Shown here piece after piece: positions 7,730-17,413 of a DNA stretch of 64,000 nucleotides. Position 1 is the first letter of the stretch. The number at the start of each line of letters is the position of its first letter. A program made the position numbers and the translations under genes. The notes beneath the pieces were generated by a model. It saw nothing but the letters and a program-made list of their open reading frames with translations, searched no databases and was not told where the DNA came from. This stretch comes from Solirubrobacterales bacterium (GTDB taxonomy: Bacteria; Actinomycetota; Thermoleophilia; Solirubrobacterales; Solirubrobacteraceae): contig DAIDJO010000053.1 of the NCBI GenBank assembly GCA_027451345.1, positions 747-64,746 of the forward strand, in the 5' to 3' direction.

Positions 7730-9488
7730 TCCCCGGGAGGTCGGGCAGCGGCCGGAGGCCGGCCCGGACCTCCCGGGCCATGCGCACGTCCTCGGGCTCC
7801 TCGCGCGGGTCCGGGTGGGCGAGGACGAGCGCGATCACCACGAGCGGGAAGAACCAGACGATGTAGAGGTAGAACCAGTAGGTGATGCCGAGCTGCAGGC
7901 CGATGATGATCGCCGCGCCGAGGGCGGCGACCTGAACGAGCGTGCGCTCGCCCCGCGGCACGATTGGAGCGGCCAGCCCCAGCGCGACGGCGGCGCCGAG
8001 GACGATGTGCTCGGGGAGATGGAGCGTCTGGTGGTAGCCGCCCCAGAGCCCCCAGATCGAGAACGGCGCCGGCCGTGAGGCCTGGTAGACGATCGTGTGG
8101 TTCCAGAACAGGCCCAGGTCGCCCGACAACAGGACGGGCAGCATCGCGGCGGCGATGGCCAGCGCGTAGCTGACGGCAAAGGCGATCACGCCGCGGCGGC
8201 GGGGCGGCCACGGGCCGGTGCCGCGCCACAGCAGTGGGGCGAGCCCGAGCGGGGCGAACTTCGTCAACCCGGCGAACGCGCCGAGGATGCCCCGGAGCGC
8301 GGCGAAGCGCATCGCGACGAGGCAGGCGACGATCAGCATCGCGACGAGCGCGTCGTTCGAGTTCGACATGAGGACGAACGACGTGAACGGATACGCCGCC
8401 CACAGGTAGGCGAGCACGACCCCGGCTGTCGGTCCGCGCAGGCTCCAACCGAGCACGAGCAGCCCGAGGATCGTCAACAGGTCGAAGCTGATCGAGGCCG
8501 CGTGGGCGGCGGGCAGGCTGTCCCAGAGACCGCTCCAGCCGAAGATCGAGCGGAACGGGACGTAGGCGAGATAGTTGATCGGCCCGTACGTGTCCCCCGC
8601 CGGGTTGTCGAGCGGGAAGTGCCCGTAGAGCTGCTCGCCGTGGATGATCTTGTCCGCCCCTATGACGCCCGCGTAGCCGACGTCGATCACGTTCGAGTTG
8701 GTGACGTTGAGGCCGACCCGGAATCCGATGAGGAAGATCAGCGCGATGGCGAGCCAGGCGGTCGGGATCACCACGCGCAACGGCTCGCGCGGCCGGCCCC
8801 GCCCGGCGGCCAGCAGGAGCATGCGCACGAGCAGGTAGAGCAGGAACGGGTAGACGCTCGGGACCGAGAGCCCCAGGTCAGCGTTGTTGAACCACGCCAG
8901 CGAGACCGAGAAGCCGAGCATCATCAGCAGGTCGAGGTGCCAGAGGGTGGGGCGCCGCCGCCACGGCAGGAACGGAAGCAGGAACAGGGCGCACAGCGGC
9001 AGCCAGATGTAGAGCGCGTTCACCCTCCGGCCGAAGGCCCCCGGATAGCCGCGCGCCATCGTCCAGGCCACCTGGTAGCCCGTCCACACCTGGGTCACCT
9101 GGCCGGTGCTGTCGGAGACGTAGAGCTGCAGCATCTCGATCCGCTTCGCCGGGCCCGCGGGCGGCAGCGGGGTGAAGAGGCTCACCTGCCAGACGCCCGT
9201 CCCGCGCGTGTAGACGTAGGGCACGAGATGCGGATGCCGGCGCAGCTCGGTGATGTAGGTCGGGTTGCGCCTGGCCGCGGCGAGGACCTGGTTGCCGGTG
9301 AGGCGAAAGCCGCTCGGCGGCGAGGTCATCGTCGGCACGAGCACCGGGCTGCCCGGTGGGGCGGAGATCGGCGCCGGCTGACCCGGCGGGTTGCCGGCGG
9401 CGAGCGCCGCCGACGGCAGCATCGCGAGACACGCGAGCAGGATGAGGCTCAGCGTCGCGACGCGACGCGACGCACGGGCGTCCGCCAA
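7716..9488 (-). CDS. GT-C / glycosyltransferase family 87-like polytopic membrane protein with N-terminal exported domain; start uncertain (TTG 9488)
   Basis: Signal-like SLILLACLAMLPSAALA, DVGYAG, DTYGPINYLAY, SNSNDAL, TKFAPL, WFYLYIVWFFP, many TM segments. Confidence 0.75.
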   Translation of the reverse strand: MADARASRRVATLSLILLACLAMLPSAALAAGNPPGQPAPISAPPGSPVLVPTMTSPPSGFRLTGNQVLAAARRNPTYITELRRHPHLVPYVYTRGTGVWQVSLFTPLPPAGPAKRIEMLQLYVSDSTGQVTQVWTGYQVAWTMARGYPGAFGRRVNALYIWLPLCALFLLPFLPWRRRPTLWHLDLLMMLGFSVSLAWFNNADLGLSVPSVYPFLLYLLVRMLLLAAGRGRPREPLRVVIPTAWLAIALIFLIGFRVGLNVTNSNVIDVGYAGVIGADKIIHGEQLYGHFPLDNPAGDTYGPINYLAYVPFRSIFGWSGLWDSLPAAHAASISFDLLTILGLLVLGWSLRGPTAGVVLAYLWAAYPFTSFVLMSNSNDALVAMLIVACLVAMRFAALRGILGAFAGLTKFAPLGLAPLLWRGTGPWPPRRRGVIAFAVSYALAIAAAMLPVLLSGDLGLFWNHTIVYQASRPAPFSIWGLWGGYHQTLHLPEHIVLGAAVALGLAAPIVPRGERTLVQVAALGAAIIIGLQLGITYWFYLYIVWFFPLVVIALVLAHPDPREEPEDVRMAREVRAGLRPLPDLPGITPP

Positions 9489-9520
9489 CCCCAGTGGCCG
9501 GCGGACGCGGAACACCGGCC

Positions 9521-9988
9521 TCAGGCCCGGAAGCTCCAGAGCTTCTGGACGACGAAGGACAGCGGAGTGGCGATGATCCAGGCGATGCCGTCGGCCGCCG
9601 TCTTCATGCTCACGCCCGCGGTCAGGAGCAGCTGGTAGATGCCGGTGGCGAAGACCAGCACGACGAACGACACGAAGTAGAAGCGCAGCGCCTGCCCGAG
9701 CGGGTGGTCCGCCTTGGCACCGAAGGTCCAGTGGCGGTTCCAGAAGAAGTTGTTCGTCGCGGCGATCATCGCCGCCGCCACGAGCGCCACGATGTCGATT
9801 CCCAGCGTGTGGATCAGGATGAAGAAGATGACGAGGTTGACCACGTAGCCCGATGCCCCGACACACAGGAAGCGCACGAGCTGCTTGTGGTTCTCCGGGT
9901 GGCGGATCTCGTAGGCGAGGCGCCGGTAGACGCTGCGCGCCCGGCTCACGGCTCGAGCGGACGGGGGAAGCTCGAGCATGGAGGTCAT
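9521..9988 (-). CDS. GtrA family protein
   Basis: QLVRFLCVGASGYVVN, NNFFWNRHWTF, SFVVQKLWSF. Confidence 0.9.
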   Translation of the reverse strand: MTSMLELPPSARAVSRARSVYRRLAYEIRHPENHKQLVRFLCVGASGYVVNLVIFFILIHTLGIDIVALVAAAMIAATNNFFWNRHWTFGAKADHPLGQALRFYFVSFVVLVFATGIYQLLLTAGVSMKTAADGIAWIIATPLSFVVQKLWSFRA

Positions 9989-10098
9989 TTCGTCAGACAC
10001 GTTCACAATCCTATCCGTACGGCGGGCAACGACTTCACACAGGTATTCGGGTCCGACCGGCCATCACCTCGTGGCGAGATGACCAGACGACGGCACGC

Positions 10099-11568
10099 TC
10101 ACCCGCCGAAGTGGGCGCGAATCATCGGCGCCACGTCTCGGAGCGACCACTGCTCGCGCGCGTCGCGCGAGGATGGGCCGGTACCGCACCAGAGTAGCGC
10201 GCCGCAGGAGTCGGTCCGGTGCAGCGAGCCGTGGCTCCCGCCGCCGACGTGGTCGGCCCCGCCCCAGTCGACGAACTCATAGCCGGGCGCGGCCGAGAGG
10301 AGCACGTCGCCGGCGTTCTCGCAGCGCAGCGCCGACCACACCCGGGCCAGCGCGTCCGGATAGTCGGGCGTGAGCAGACGGCCATCCTCGATCCGGGCCG
10401 CGAGCACCTGGAGGTCGCCCTCGACGCTCCAGTGCCCCCCGCGCGGGTCGGTGAGCTCACCCCCGGGCGCGAAATGCAGCTCGGCGCCCCCCGGAGCGCG
10501 GATCACCGCCTCCGGCGACGCCGCGGCGGGATCGCGCACCCACATCGTCAGGTCGACCCCCTCGAGCTCGGCGACCGCCTCGACCGAGCGCTCCACGAGC
10601 TCGTCCCGGCGCTCGGGGTCGAGCGCGTAGAGCATTGCGGAGCGCTGCGCGGGGCTGAGCGCCAGCTCGGCGCCGACCGACGCGCTGGCGCTCGGCGTGG
10701 CGACGTGGAAGTCCGCGAGGGCGAGATCGAGCCGGATCCGCTCCTCCACGAACGCCTGCGAGTGGTCGGAGGTGACGACCACGGCGTGGTCCTCCAGGAA
10801 GCGGTCGGGCCCGCCGCCCGCGTGCATCAGCCGCTCGATCTGGCGGTCGGCCGCGGCGATCGAGGGCACCTGGGCGAGCGGGCCGTTGCGGTGCGACCAC
10901 CCGTCGTTGTCGGGCAACGAGAAGAGCAGGAAGTCGAACAGGTCGTGCTCGACCAGGTAGGAGCCGACGCAGCCCGTGTGCTGGTCGCGCACCCCGGGCA
11001 TGCCGAGCTGGCCGCGGCAGCCGGTGCGCCGGCTCGCGTACAGGTCCGCGTAGAACAGCTCCTGGGGCCCGAGGATCGTCCGCCGAAAGAGCGTCGAGGT
11101 GACGAGCCGGGCGAGGGCCGACTCCTGGGCAACGTCGTGCTGGTGGCGTCCCCGGTAGATCAGGTAGGTCGTGCCGGCCGTCCGCAGCCCGAGGTCGTCG
11201 AGCGACTCAAACACGGTCGGGACGTCGCCCGCGAGGTGCTCGGCGTTCATCCGGTAGACCGTGTCGGTGAGCGAGCGGACGACGCCGAACTGGCGCGTGG
11301 CCGAGAAGCTGGATCCGTACTCGACGTAGCGTTGCTCGACGCGGTGGTACCAGTTCATGCTCGGGATCAGGTGCTCGTCCGGGCCAACGCCGGTGGTGAT
11401 CGTCGCGGCGCAGACGGGCGTCACCGACGGGAACGCGGCGACGACGTCATTGACGTAGACGCCCTCCTCGGCGATTCGCGCCAGCGCCGGCGCCCGGCCG
11501 GCGGCGATCGCCCGGTCGAGCATCTCCGGTTTCATCGCGTCGATGACGACGAGGACGAGCTTCTTCAT
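10099..11568 (-). CDS. Alkaline phosphatase superfamily (nucleotide pyrophosphatase/phosphodiesterase-type) protein
   Basis: LVVIDAM, FPSVTP, TITTG..P..H, DxxxH (DGWSH), TSDHS, GSHGSL. Confidence 0.85.
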   Translation of the reverse strand: MKKLVLVVIDAMKPEMLDRAIAAGRAPALARIAEEGVYVNDVVAAFPSVTPVCAATITTGVGPDEHLIPSMNWYHRVEQRYVEYGSSFSATRQFGVVRSLTDTVYRMNAEHLAGDVPTVFESLDDLGLRTAGTTYLIYRGRHQHDVAQESALARLVTSTLFRRTILGPQELFYADLYASRRTGCRGQLGMPGVRDQHTGCVGSYLVEHDLFDFLLFSLPDNDGWSHRNGPLAQVPSIAAADRQIERLMHAGGGPDRFLEDHAVVVTSDHSQAFVEERIRLDLALADFHVATPSASASVGAELALSPAQRSAMLYALDPERRDELVERSVEAVAELEGVDLTMWVRDPAAASPEAVIRAPGGAELHFAPGGELTDPRGGHWSVEGDLQVLAARIEDGRLLTPDYPDALARVWSALRCENAGDVLLSAAPGYEFVDWGGADHVGGGSHGSLHRTDSCGALLWCGTGPSSRDAREQWSLRDVAPMIRAHFGG

Positions 11569-11610
11569 CCGGGGATCACCGTGCCCGGTGAGAGATCCGC
11601 CGCCACCGGG

Positions 11611-12204
11611 TCAGCGGAGGATGCGCAGGCCGGCGTACTTCACGTCCCCGCGGCCCCGCCCCGCATAGAGCAGCCAGACGAGCAGGAGCAGGGCGATCAC
11701 GCCGAGCGGCGGGGCGAGAACCGAGAGCACGGCGACGAGCAGCGCCGAGCCGTCCGAGATCACCGGAAGCCCGACGGCGGCCGCCGCCTCGTCCAGACGG
11801 GAGCGCAGCCGGGAGAGGAACGGGCGAGCAGCGGCGAGCCCGACGCCTGCGCAGAGCGCTCCGCCGATCCAACCCGGCCACGCGGCGTGATGGTCGCGCG
11901 CGAGCGATCCCGCGAAGAACAGCGCTCCGAGCACGAGGGCGATCAGCCCGAGCGCGGCGGCCGCCGGGTTGCTGTGCAGGCGCCGCCCCCAGGTGCCCGT
12001 GTCGAGCACGACGAGCAGCGCGGCGGCGACCACCATCACCAGGAGGAACGGGACCGATTGGAGAAACCCGTACGAGGTGTGGTCGAAGTGCAGCTCGACT
12101 CCGGCGGCTGCGAGCGCACCGGCGGCGAGGCTCGGTAGGAACGGCCGGATGCCGATCGCCGCGGCGATGCCGATCCCCTGGAAGATGTCGAAGGCGAGAT
12201 GCAC
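11611..12204 (-). CDS. DUF4126-like membrane protein
   Basis: GIGIAAAIGIRPFLP N-terminus, several TMs, C-terminal KYAGLRILR. Confidence 0.7.
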   Translation of the reverse strand: MHLAFDIFQGIGIAAAIGIRPFLPSLAAGALAAAGVELHFDHTSYGFLQSVPFLLVMVVAAALLVVLDTGTWGRRLHSNPAAAALGLIALVLGALFFAGSLARDHHAAWPGWIGGALCAGVGLAAARPFLSRLRSRLDEAAAAVGLPVISDGSALLVAVLSVLAPPLGVIALLLLVWLLYAGRGRGDVKYAGLRILR

Positions 12205-12266
12205 CGTGGTGTACCGTGGACGAGCGTGACGATAGACGAGCGGGCGCGGGACCGAGCGGCCGGCGC

Positions 12267-13736
12267 GTGAACGATCAACCGCGCACACCGCGGACCGCCG
12301 CGCACGAGATCGAGCGCTATGGCGCCCTCTTCGCCCAGCGCACGCGCGTCATGAAGAGCTCGGCGATGCGCGACCTGATGGCGCTCACCGCCCGCGACGA
12401 CATCATCTCGTTCTCCGGTGGACTGCCGGACACCTCGACCTTCGCCCCGGGGTTCTTCACCGAGCTGATGGGCCGGGTCGCCGCCGACTCGGTCGCCCGC
12501 GCCCTGCAGTACGGGCCGACCGAGGGCCTGAGCGATGTGCGCGACGTGATCGCGACGGTGATGGCGGCCGAGGGCATGACGGTCGACCCCGACGCCATCC
12601 TGCCGACGAGCGGGGGACAGCAGGCGCTCGACCTCGTCTGCAAGATCCTGATCGACCCGGGCGACGTGATCATCGCCGAGGCGCCCACCTCCCCGGGCGC
12701 GGTGCCGACCTTCTGCTCGTACGAGGCCGATGTGATCCAGATCCCGATGGACCGCGACGGGATGCGGATCGACCGGCTGCGGGAGGCCCTCGCTCGCCTC
12801 GACCGGGAGGGCCGGCGCCCGAAGTTCATCTACACGATTCCGAACTTCCACAACCCCGCCGGGGTCACGCTCTCGCTCGAGCGCCGGCGGGAGCTGCTGC
12901 GCATCGCCGGCGAGCGCGAACTGCTCGTGCTCGAGGACAACCCCTACGGACTGCTGCGCTACGAGGGGGAGCCGATCCCGTCGCTCTTCTCCCTCGACGG
13001 CGACTTCGTCCTCTATGCCGGAACGTTCTCGAAGATCCTCTCCCCCGGGGTGCGGATCGGGTGGCTCGTGGCTCCCCCACCGGTGCTGCGCCAGCTCGTC
13101 CTCGGCAAGGGGTCGGCCGACCTCTGCTCCTCCTCGGTGAGCCAGTTCTTCATCGCCGAGTACTTCCGCTCGGGTCCGTGGATGGACTACGTCCGCTCCC
13201 TCTCGGAGCTCTACCGCCGCCGCCGCGACGCGATGCTCGACGCGCTCGCCGAGCATTTCCCCCGCGAGGCGAGCTGGACGCACCCCGCCGGTGGTCTGTT
13301 CCTGTGGGCAACGATGCCCGACTACATCGACACGACCGATCTCCTCGCGCGCGCGATCGAGGAACGGGTCGCCTTCGTCCCGGGACGTGCCGCCTTTGTC
13401 GACGGGCGCGGGGGCTCATCGATGCGCCTGAACTTCAGCGGCGTCGGCGAGGAGGAGATCCGCGAGGGCATCCGCCGCCTCGGTGAGGTGATCCGGGAGC
13501 AGGTGGCGCTGTACGGCACGCTCACCGGCCGTGACGGCGCCCCGGGGGCAGGACGCGTCGCCTCGGAGCCCGGTCCCGCCGATTCGGGGCCGGGCGGCTC
13601 GGGGCCGGGCGGCTCGCGGCCAGGCGGCTCGGGACTGCCGGGCGGCTCGGATCCCGTGGAGGGCGACGCGGACGGCGCGGCCCCCGAGGGTCCGCTGGAC
13701 AACGTGCGGCACCTGACGCGCAAGCGCGCCGGATGA
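12267..13736 (+). CDS. PLP-dependent class I/II aminotransferase (LysN/AvtA-like, MocR catalytic-domain family without HTH)
   Basis: ISFSGGLP, LQYGPTEG, TSGGQQAL, IPNFHNPAG, EDNPYG, GTFSKILSPGVRIGW, MRLNFS. Confidence 0.9.
   Translation: MNDQPRTPRTAAHEIERYGALFAQRTRVMKSSAMRDLMALTARDDIISFSGGLPDTSTFAPGFFTELMGRVAADSVARALQYGPTEGLSDVRDVIATVMAAEGMTVDPDAILPTSGGQQALDLVCKILIDPGDVIIAEAPTSPGAVPTFCSYEADVIQIPMDRDGMRIDRLREALARLDREGRRPKFIYTIPNFHNPAGVTLSLERRRELLRIAGERELLVLEDNPYGLLRYEGEPIPSLFSLDGDFVLYAGTFSKILSPGVRIGWLVAPPPVLRQLVLGKGSADLCSSSVSQFFIAEYFRSGPWMDYVRSLSELYRRRRDAMLDALAEHFPREASWTHPAGGLFLWATMPDYIDTTDLLARAIEERVAFVPGRAAFVDGRGGSSMRLNFSGVGEEEIREGIRRLGEVIREQVALYGTLTGRDGAPGAGRVASEPGPADSGPGGSGPGGSRPGGSGLPGGSDPVEGDADGAAPEGPLDNVRHLTRKRAG
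13584..13649 (+). repeat. 15-bp tandem repeat (TCGGGGCCGGGCGGC, about 4 degenerate copies) encoding SGPGG in the aminotransferase tail
   Basis: Two perfect and two degenerate units read directly. Confidence 0.85.
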
Positions 13737-14671
13737 GCCGCGTCGCAGTCCTGAAGGGCGGCCGCTCCCTCGAGCGCCAGGTCTCGCTGAAATCGGGCGC
13801 GCGCGTCGAGGAGTCGCTGCGACGTCTCGGTCACGAGGTGATCGAGATCGACGTGGGACACGACCTGGTCGACCGCCTGTCCGCCGAGCGGCCGGACATC
13901 GCCTTCGTCGCGCTCCACGGCCGTGACGGAGAGGACGGCACGGTCCAGGAGCTGCTCGAGGTGCTCGGGATCCCGTACACCGGCTCCCGCGTGTCCGCCT
14001 GCATCCGCGCCTGCGACAAGGTCCTGGCCAAGCACGCGATGCGGGACGCCGGCATCCCCACGCCCGACTTCTTCGCCTTCCGCCAGACCGCCGTCCGCAG
14101 CCTCGGGGCGTCCGGGGCGCTGCCGCGGATCGGCGAGCGCCTGCGCTTCCCGATCGTCGTCAAGCCGGCCTCGCAGGGTTCCGCGCTCGGCATCAAGTTC
14201 GCGCGCACGGCGGACGACGTGCCGACGGCGCTGATCGCCGCCTTCTCGTACGACCGCAAGGTGCTGCTCGAGCGCTACGTGGCGGGACGGGAGCTGGCGG
14301 TGTCGGTGCTGGAGGTCGACGGGCAGCCGCACGCGCTGCCGATCGTCGAGGCCGTGCCGGAGGAGGAGTCGTTCTATGACTTCGAGTCGCGCTACCAGAT
14401 CGGGCGTACCCGCTTCATCTGCCCGGCCGAGCTCGACGCGCCGGTCGCCGCGCGGGTGCAGCAGCTCGCCGTCGACGCGTTCCGGCTCCTCGGCTGCTCG
14501 GTGTTCGCGCGGGTCGATCTGATGCTCGACGGCGAGACCTCGGCGCCGTTCGTGCTCGAGGTCAATCCAATCCCCGGTCTCACCGACACCTCGCTGCTGC
14601 CGCAGGCGGCGGACGCCGCCGGGATCGGCTTCGACGAGCTGATCGCCCGGATCGTCGCCGCCGCGGCCTGA
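13733..14671 (+). CDS. ddl: D-alanine--D-alanine ligase family ATP-grasp enzyme
   Basis: GGRSLERQVSLKSG, LHGRDGEDGTVQ, DKVLAK, VKPASQGS, ARVD, LEVNPIPGLT; ATGA overlap with aminotransferase. Confidence 0.88.
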   Translation: MSRVAVLKGGRSLERQVSLKSGARVEESLRRLGHEVIEIDVGHDLVDRLSAERPDIAFVALHGRDGEDGTVQELLEVLGIPYTGSRVSACIRACDKVLAKHAMRDAGIPTPDFFAFRQTAVRSLGASGALPRIGERLRFPIVVKPASQGSALGIKFARTADDVPTALIAAFSYDRKVLLERYVAGRELAVSVLEVDGQPHALPIVEAVPEEESFYDFESRYQIGRTRFICPAELDAPVAARVQQLAVDAFRLLGCSVFARVDLMLDGETSAPFVLEVNPIPGLTDTSLLPQAADAAGIGFDELIARIVAAAA

Positions 14672-14701
14672 GCCGCGGCGCCGCCGCCACCGCGTGCGGC
14701 G

Positions 14702-15190
14702 CTACTCCTCGCCGAGGAAGTCGTCCGGCTTGACCGTGTCGAGGAAGTCCTTGAACTTCTCGACGACCTCCTCGGTGTCCTCGACCTCGTGCTCGAACTC
14801 GATCGCCGATTCGGCGATCACCTCGTCGGCGGCGAAGATCGGCGCTCCGGAGCGGACGGCCAGGGCGAGCGCGTCGCTCGGCCGCGAGTCGATCTCGAGC
14901 TCACGGCCGTTCGAGCGCAGGCTGATCGAGGCGTAGAAGGTGTTCTCGCGCAGCTCGGTGACGGAGACCCGGGTGCACTCGACCTCGAGCTCCCCGAGCA
15001 TGTCCGAGAGCAGGTCGTGCGTCATCGGCCGCGGTGTCGACGCCCCCTGCAGCTTCATCAGGATCGCTGCGGCCTCCGGGTGCCCGATCCAGATCGGCAG
15101 GAACTTGTTGCTCTCGACGGTCTTCAGCAGCACGATCGGCTGCTTGCCGACCATGTCGAAGCTCACGCCATAGATGACCATCTCCTGCAC
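14702..15190 (-). CDS. Bifunctional nuclease family (DUF151) protein
   Basis: LPIWIGHPEA, PRPMTHDL, IDSRPSDALALA, VKPDDF. Confidence 0.93.
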   Translation of the reverse strand: MQEMVIYGVSFDMVGKQPIVLLKTVESNKFLPIWIGHPEAAAILMKLQGASTPRPMTHDLLSDMLGELEVECTRVSVTELRENTFYASISLRSNGRELEIDSRPSDALALAVRSGAPIFAADEVIAESAIEFEHEVEDTEEVVEKFKDFLDTVKPDDFLGEE

Positions 15191-15264
15191 AGGCCGGGCT
15201 CCTACCTCGGGGTCGCTGGCTAAGTATAGGTTCGGCGCCCGGGGTGGGCCGTACCCTGTCTACC

Positions 15265-15948
15265 GTGTCTGATCCCGCAGTTGGTGGTCATCCGAGCCCG
15301 GTGGCGGACTACCCGCCTCCCGGCCGCAGCGAGGCGCACTGGCCGCCACAGCTCACCGCGCTGATGGCCATCGTGCTGCAGGTGCTGCTCCCCGAGCGGG
15401 TGACGGCGGGCCCGACCTGGGTGTTGCCCGGCCTCGAGACGGTCGTGCTCGTCGCGCTCTTCATCGCCTCCCCGCAGCGCCTCGAGGCCCCGCACTCGAG
15501 GGGGCGGGTGCTGACACTCGGCCTCACCGGCGTGGTGAGCGTCGCCAACGGGATCTCGCTCGTGCTGCTGGCCAAGCATCTGCTGCAGAGCCAGGTGACG
15601 AACGGTCACTCGCTGATCATCGGCGGCGCCGAGATCTGGCTGACGAACATCCTCATCTTCTCGCTCTGGTACTGGGAGATGGACCGGGGCGGCCCCGGCC
15701 GCCGGGCGGCCGGCCTGGACTCGAGTCCGGACTTCCTCTTCCCACAGATGACCGAGACCCGGCTGTGCCCCGGCTGGCGTCCGCTGTTCGCGGACTACCT
15801 CTACGTCTCGCTCACCAACGCCGCGGCGTTCAGCCCCACCGACACGATGCCGCTGAGCGTTCAGGCGAAGATGGTCATGGGGCTGCAGTCGCTCATCTCG
15901 CTGGTGACGATCGGCCTGATCGTCTCCCGCGCCGTCAACATCCTGTAG
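15265..15948 (+). CDS. DUF1345-like membrane protein
   Basis: WYWEMDRGGP, PDFLFPQ, DYLYVSLTNAAAFSPTDTMPL. Confidence 0.8.
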   Translation: MSDPAVGGHPSPVADYPPPGRSEAHWPPQLTALMAIVLQVLLPERVTAGPTWVLPGLETVVLVALFIASPQRLEAPHSRGRVLTLGLTGVVSVANGISLVLLAKHLLQSQVTNGHSLIIGGAEIWLTNILIFSLWYWEMDRGGPGRRAAGLDSSPDFLFPQMTETRLCPGWRPLFADYLYVSLTNAAAFSPTDTMPLSVQAKMVMGLQSLISLVTIGLIVSRAVNIL

Positions 15949-16018
15949 TCACGCCCGCCGGGACATCGGGCACCGGGCGCACGGAACGTCGGGGCGGACC
16001 CTCGATACCCTCAGTTCT

Positions 16019-17413
16019 ATGAACGCCGAACTGGGCTCCACCGAGCACCCGCTGCGCGTCGCGATCGTCGGTTCCGGGCCGGCGGGCTTCTACGCGGCCG
16101 GACAGCTGCTGGCGAGCCAGGACCCGGTGGTGCGAGTGGACGTCTACGACCGGCTGATGACGCCGTGGGGGCTCGTGCGCTTCGGCGTGGCGCCGGATCA
16201 CCCCAAGATCAAGTCCGTCACGCGCGTGTTCGAGCGCACGGCGCGGATGCCGGGGTTCGCCTTTCACGGCAACGTCGAGGTCGGCACCGACGTCACGCAC
16301 GAGGAGCTCGCGGCCGCGTACCACGCCGTCCTCTACGCGGTGGGGACGCCGGGCGACCGCCGTCTCGGAATCGAGGGCGAGGACCTGCCCGGCAGCGAGT
16401 CGGCCACGGAGTTCGTCGCCTGGTACAACGGTCACCCGGACTACGCCGACACGGACTTTGACCTCTCGGGGCGCCGCGCGGTGGTGATCGGCAACGGCAA
16501 CGTCGCGCTCGACGTGGCCCGTATGCTCGCCCTGTCCGTGGACGAGCTGCGGGTGACCGACATCGCCGACCATTCGCTCGATCTCCTGCGCAGATCCAGC
16601 ATCGAGGAGATCGTCGTGCTCGGCCGACGCGGTGCGGCCCAGGCGGCGTTCACCAACCCGGAGCTGCGCGAACTGGCCGACCTCGAGCTCGCCGACGTGA
16701 TCGTCGACCCGGCCGACGTCGAGCTCGATGCGGCGAGCGCGGCGCTGATCGAGACGGCGGACGGGACGATCCAGCGCAACGTCGAGACGCTGAGGGAGTA
16801 CTCGCAGCGCCCGCCCGGCGGGAAGCCCCGGCGGATCGTGCTGCGCTTCCTCACCTCGCCGGTGGCGATCGAGGGAACCGACCGCGTCGAGGCGCTCGTG
16901 GTCGAACGCAATGAGCTGGTGGCCGACGCGGATGGAACGCTCCGCGCGCGGCCGACCGGGGCGCGGGAGCGGCTCGAGACCGGCCTCGTCTTCCGTGCCG
17001 TCGGGTACGTGGGCAAGCCGCTCCCCGGCGTGCCCTTCGACGACCGTCGCGCCACCGTCCTGAACGAGGGTGGGCGCGTCCTCGACCCGGAGACCCGCGC
17101 CCCGATCCCCGGGCTGTACGCCGCGGGGTGGATCAAGCGCGGGCCGTCGGGCGTGATCGGCACGAACAAGAAGTGCGCCCAGGAGACGACCGGCCGGCTG
17201 CTGGAGGACGTGGCCGCCGGCGTGCTGCCGACCCCGAGCGACACGCCCGAGGCGCTGCTCGAGCGCCTGCGGACCCGGGTCGCCGTCGTCGACTACTCCG
17301 GGTGGGAGGCGATCGACGCGCACGAGCGGGCGCTCGGCGAGCCGAGCGGACGGCCCCGGGTGAAGCTCGTCAGCCGGGACGAGCAGCTGAAGCGAGCCAC
17401 CACCATCGCGTGA
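16019..17413 (+). CDS. fprA: Ferredoxin/adrenodoxin--NADP+ reductase (FprA-like)
   Basis: VAIVGSGPAGFY, GLVRFGVAPDH, FVAWYNGHP, GNGNVALDVAR, GWIKRGPSGVIGTNK. Confidence 0.9.
   Translation: MNAELGSTEHPLRVAIVGSGPAGFYAAGQLLASQDPVVRVDVYDRLMTPWGLVRFGVAPDHPKIKSVTRVFERTARMPGFAFHGNVEVGTDVTHEELAAAYHAVLYAVGTPGDRRLGIEGEDLPGSESATEFVAWYNGHPDYADTDFDLSGRRAVVIGNGNVALDVARMLALSVDELRVTDIADHSLDLLRRSSIEEIVVLGRRGAAQAAFTNPELRELADLELADVIVDPADVELDAASAALIETADGTIQRNVETLREYSQRPPGGKPRRIVLRFLTSPVAIEGTDRVEALVVERNELVADADGTLRARPTGARERLETGLVFRAVGYVGKPLPGVPFDDRRATVLNEGGRVLDPETRAPIPGLYAAGWIKRGPSGVIGTNKKCAQETTGRLLEDVAAGVLPTPSDTPEALLERLRTRVAVVDYSGWEAIDAHERALGEPSGRPRVKLVSRDEQLKRATTIA

Noticed and set aside
10001-10040. Two TTCACA hexamers upstream of gtrA as a Rex or CRP site
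   Set aside because: They are direct rather than inverted and 32 bp apart, so they do not fit either consensus
13584-13649. Tandem repeat as CRISPR or phase-variation tract
   Set aside because: No spacers; in-frame 15-bp units in a disordered tail
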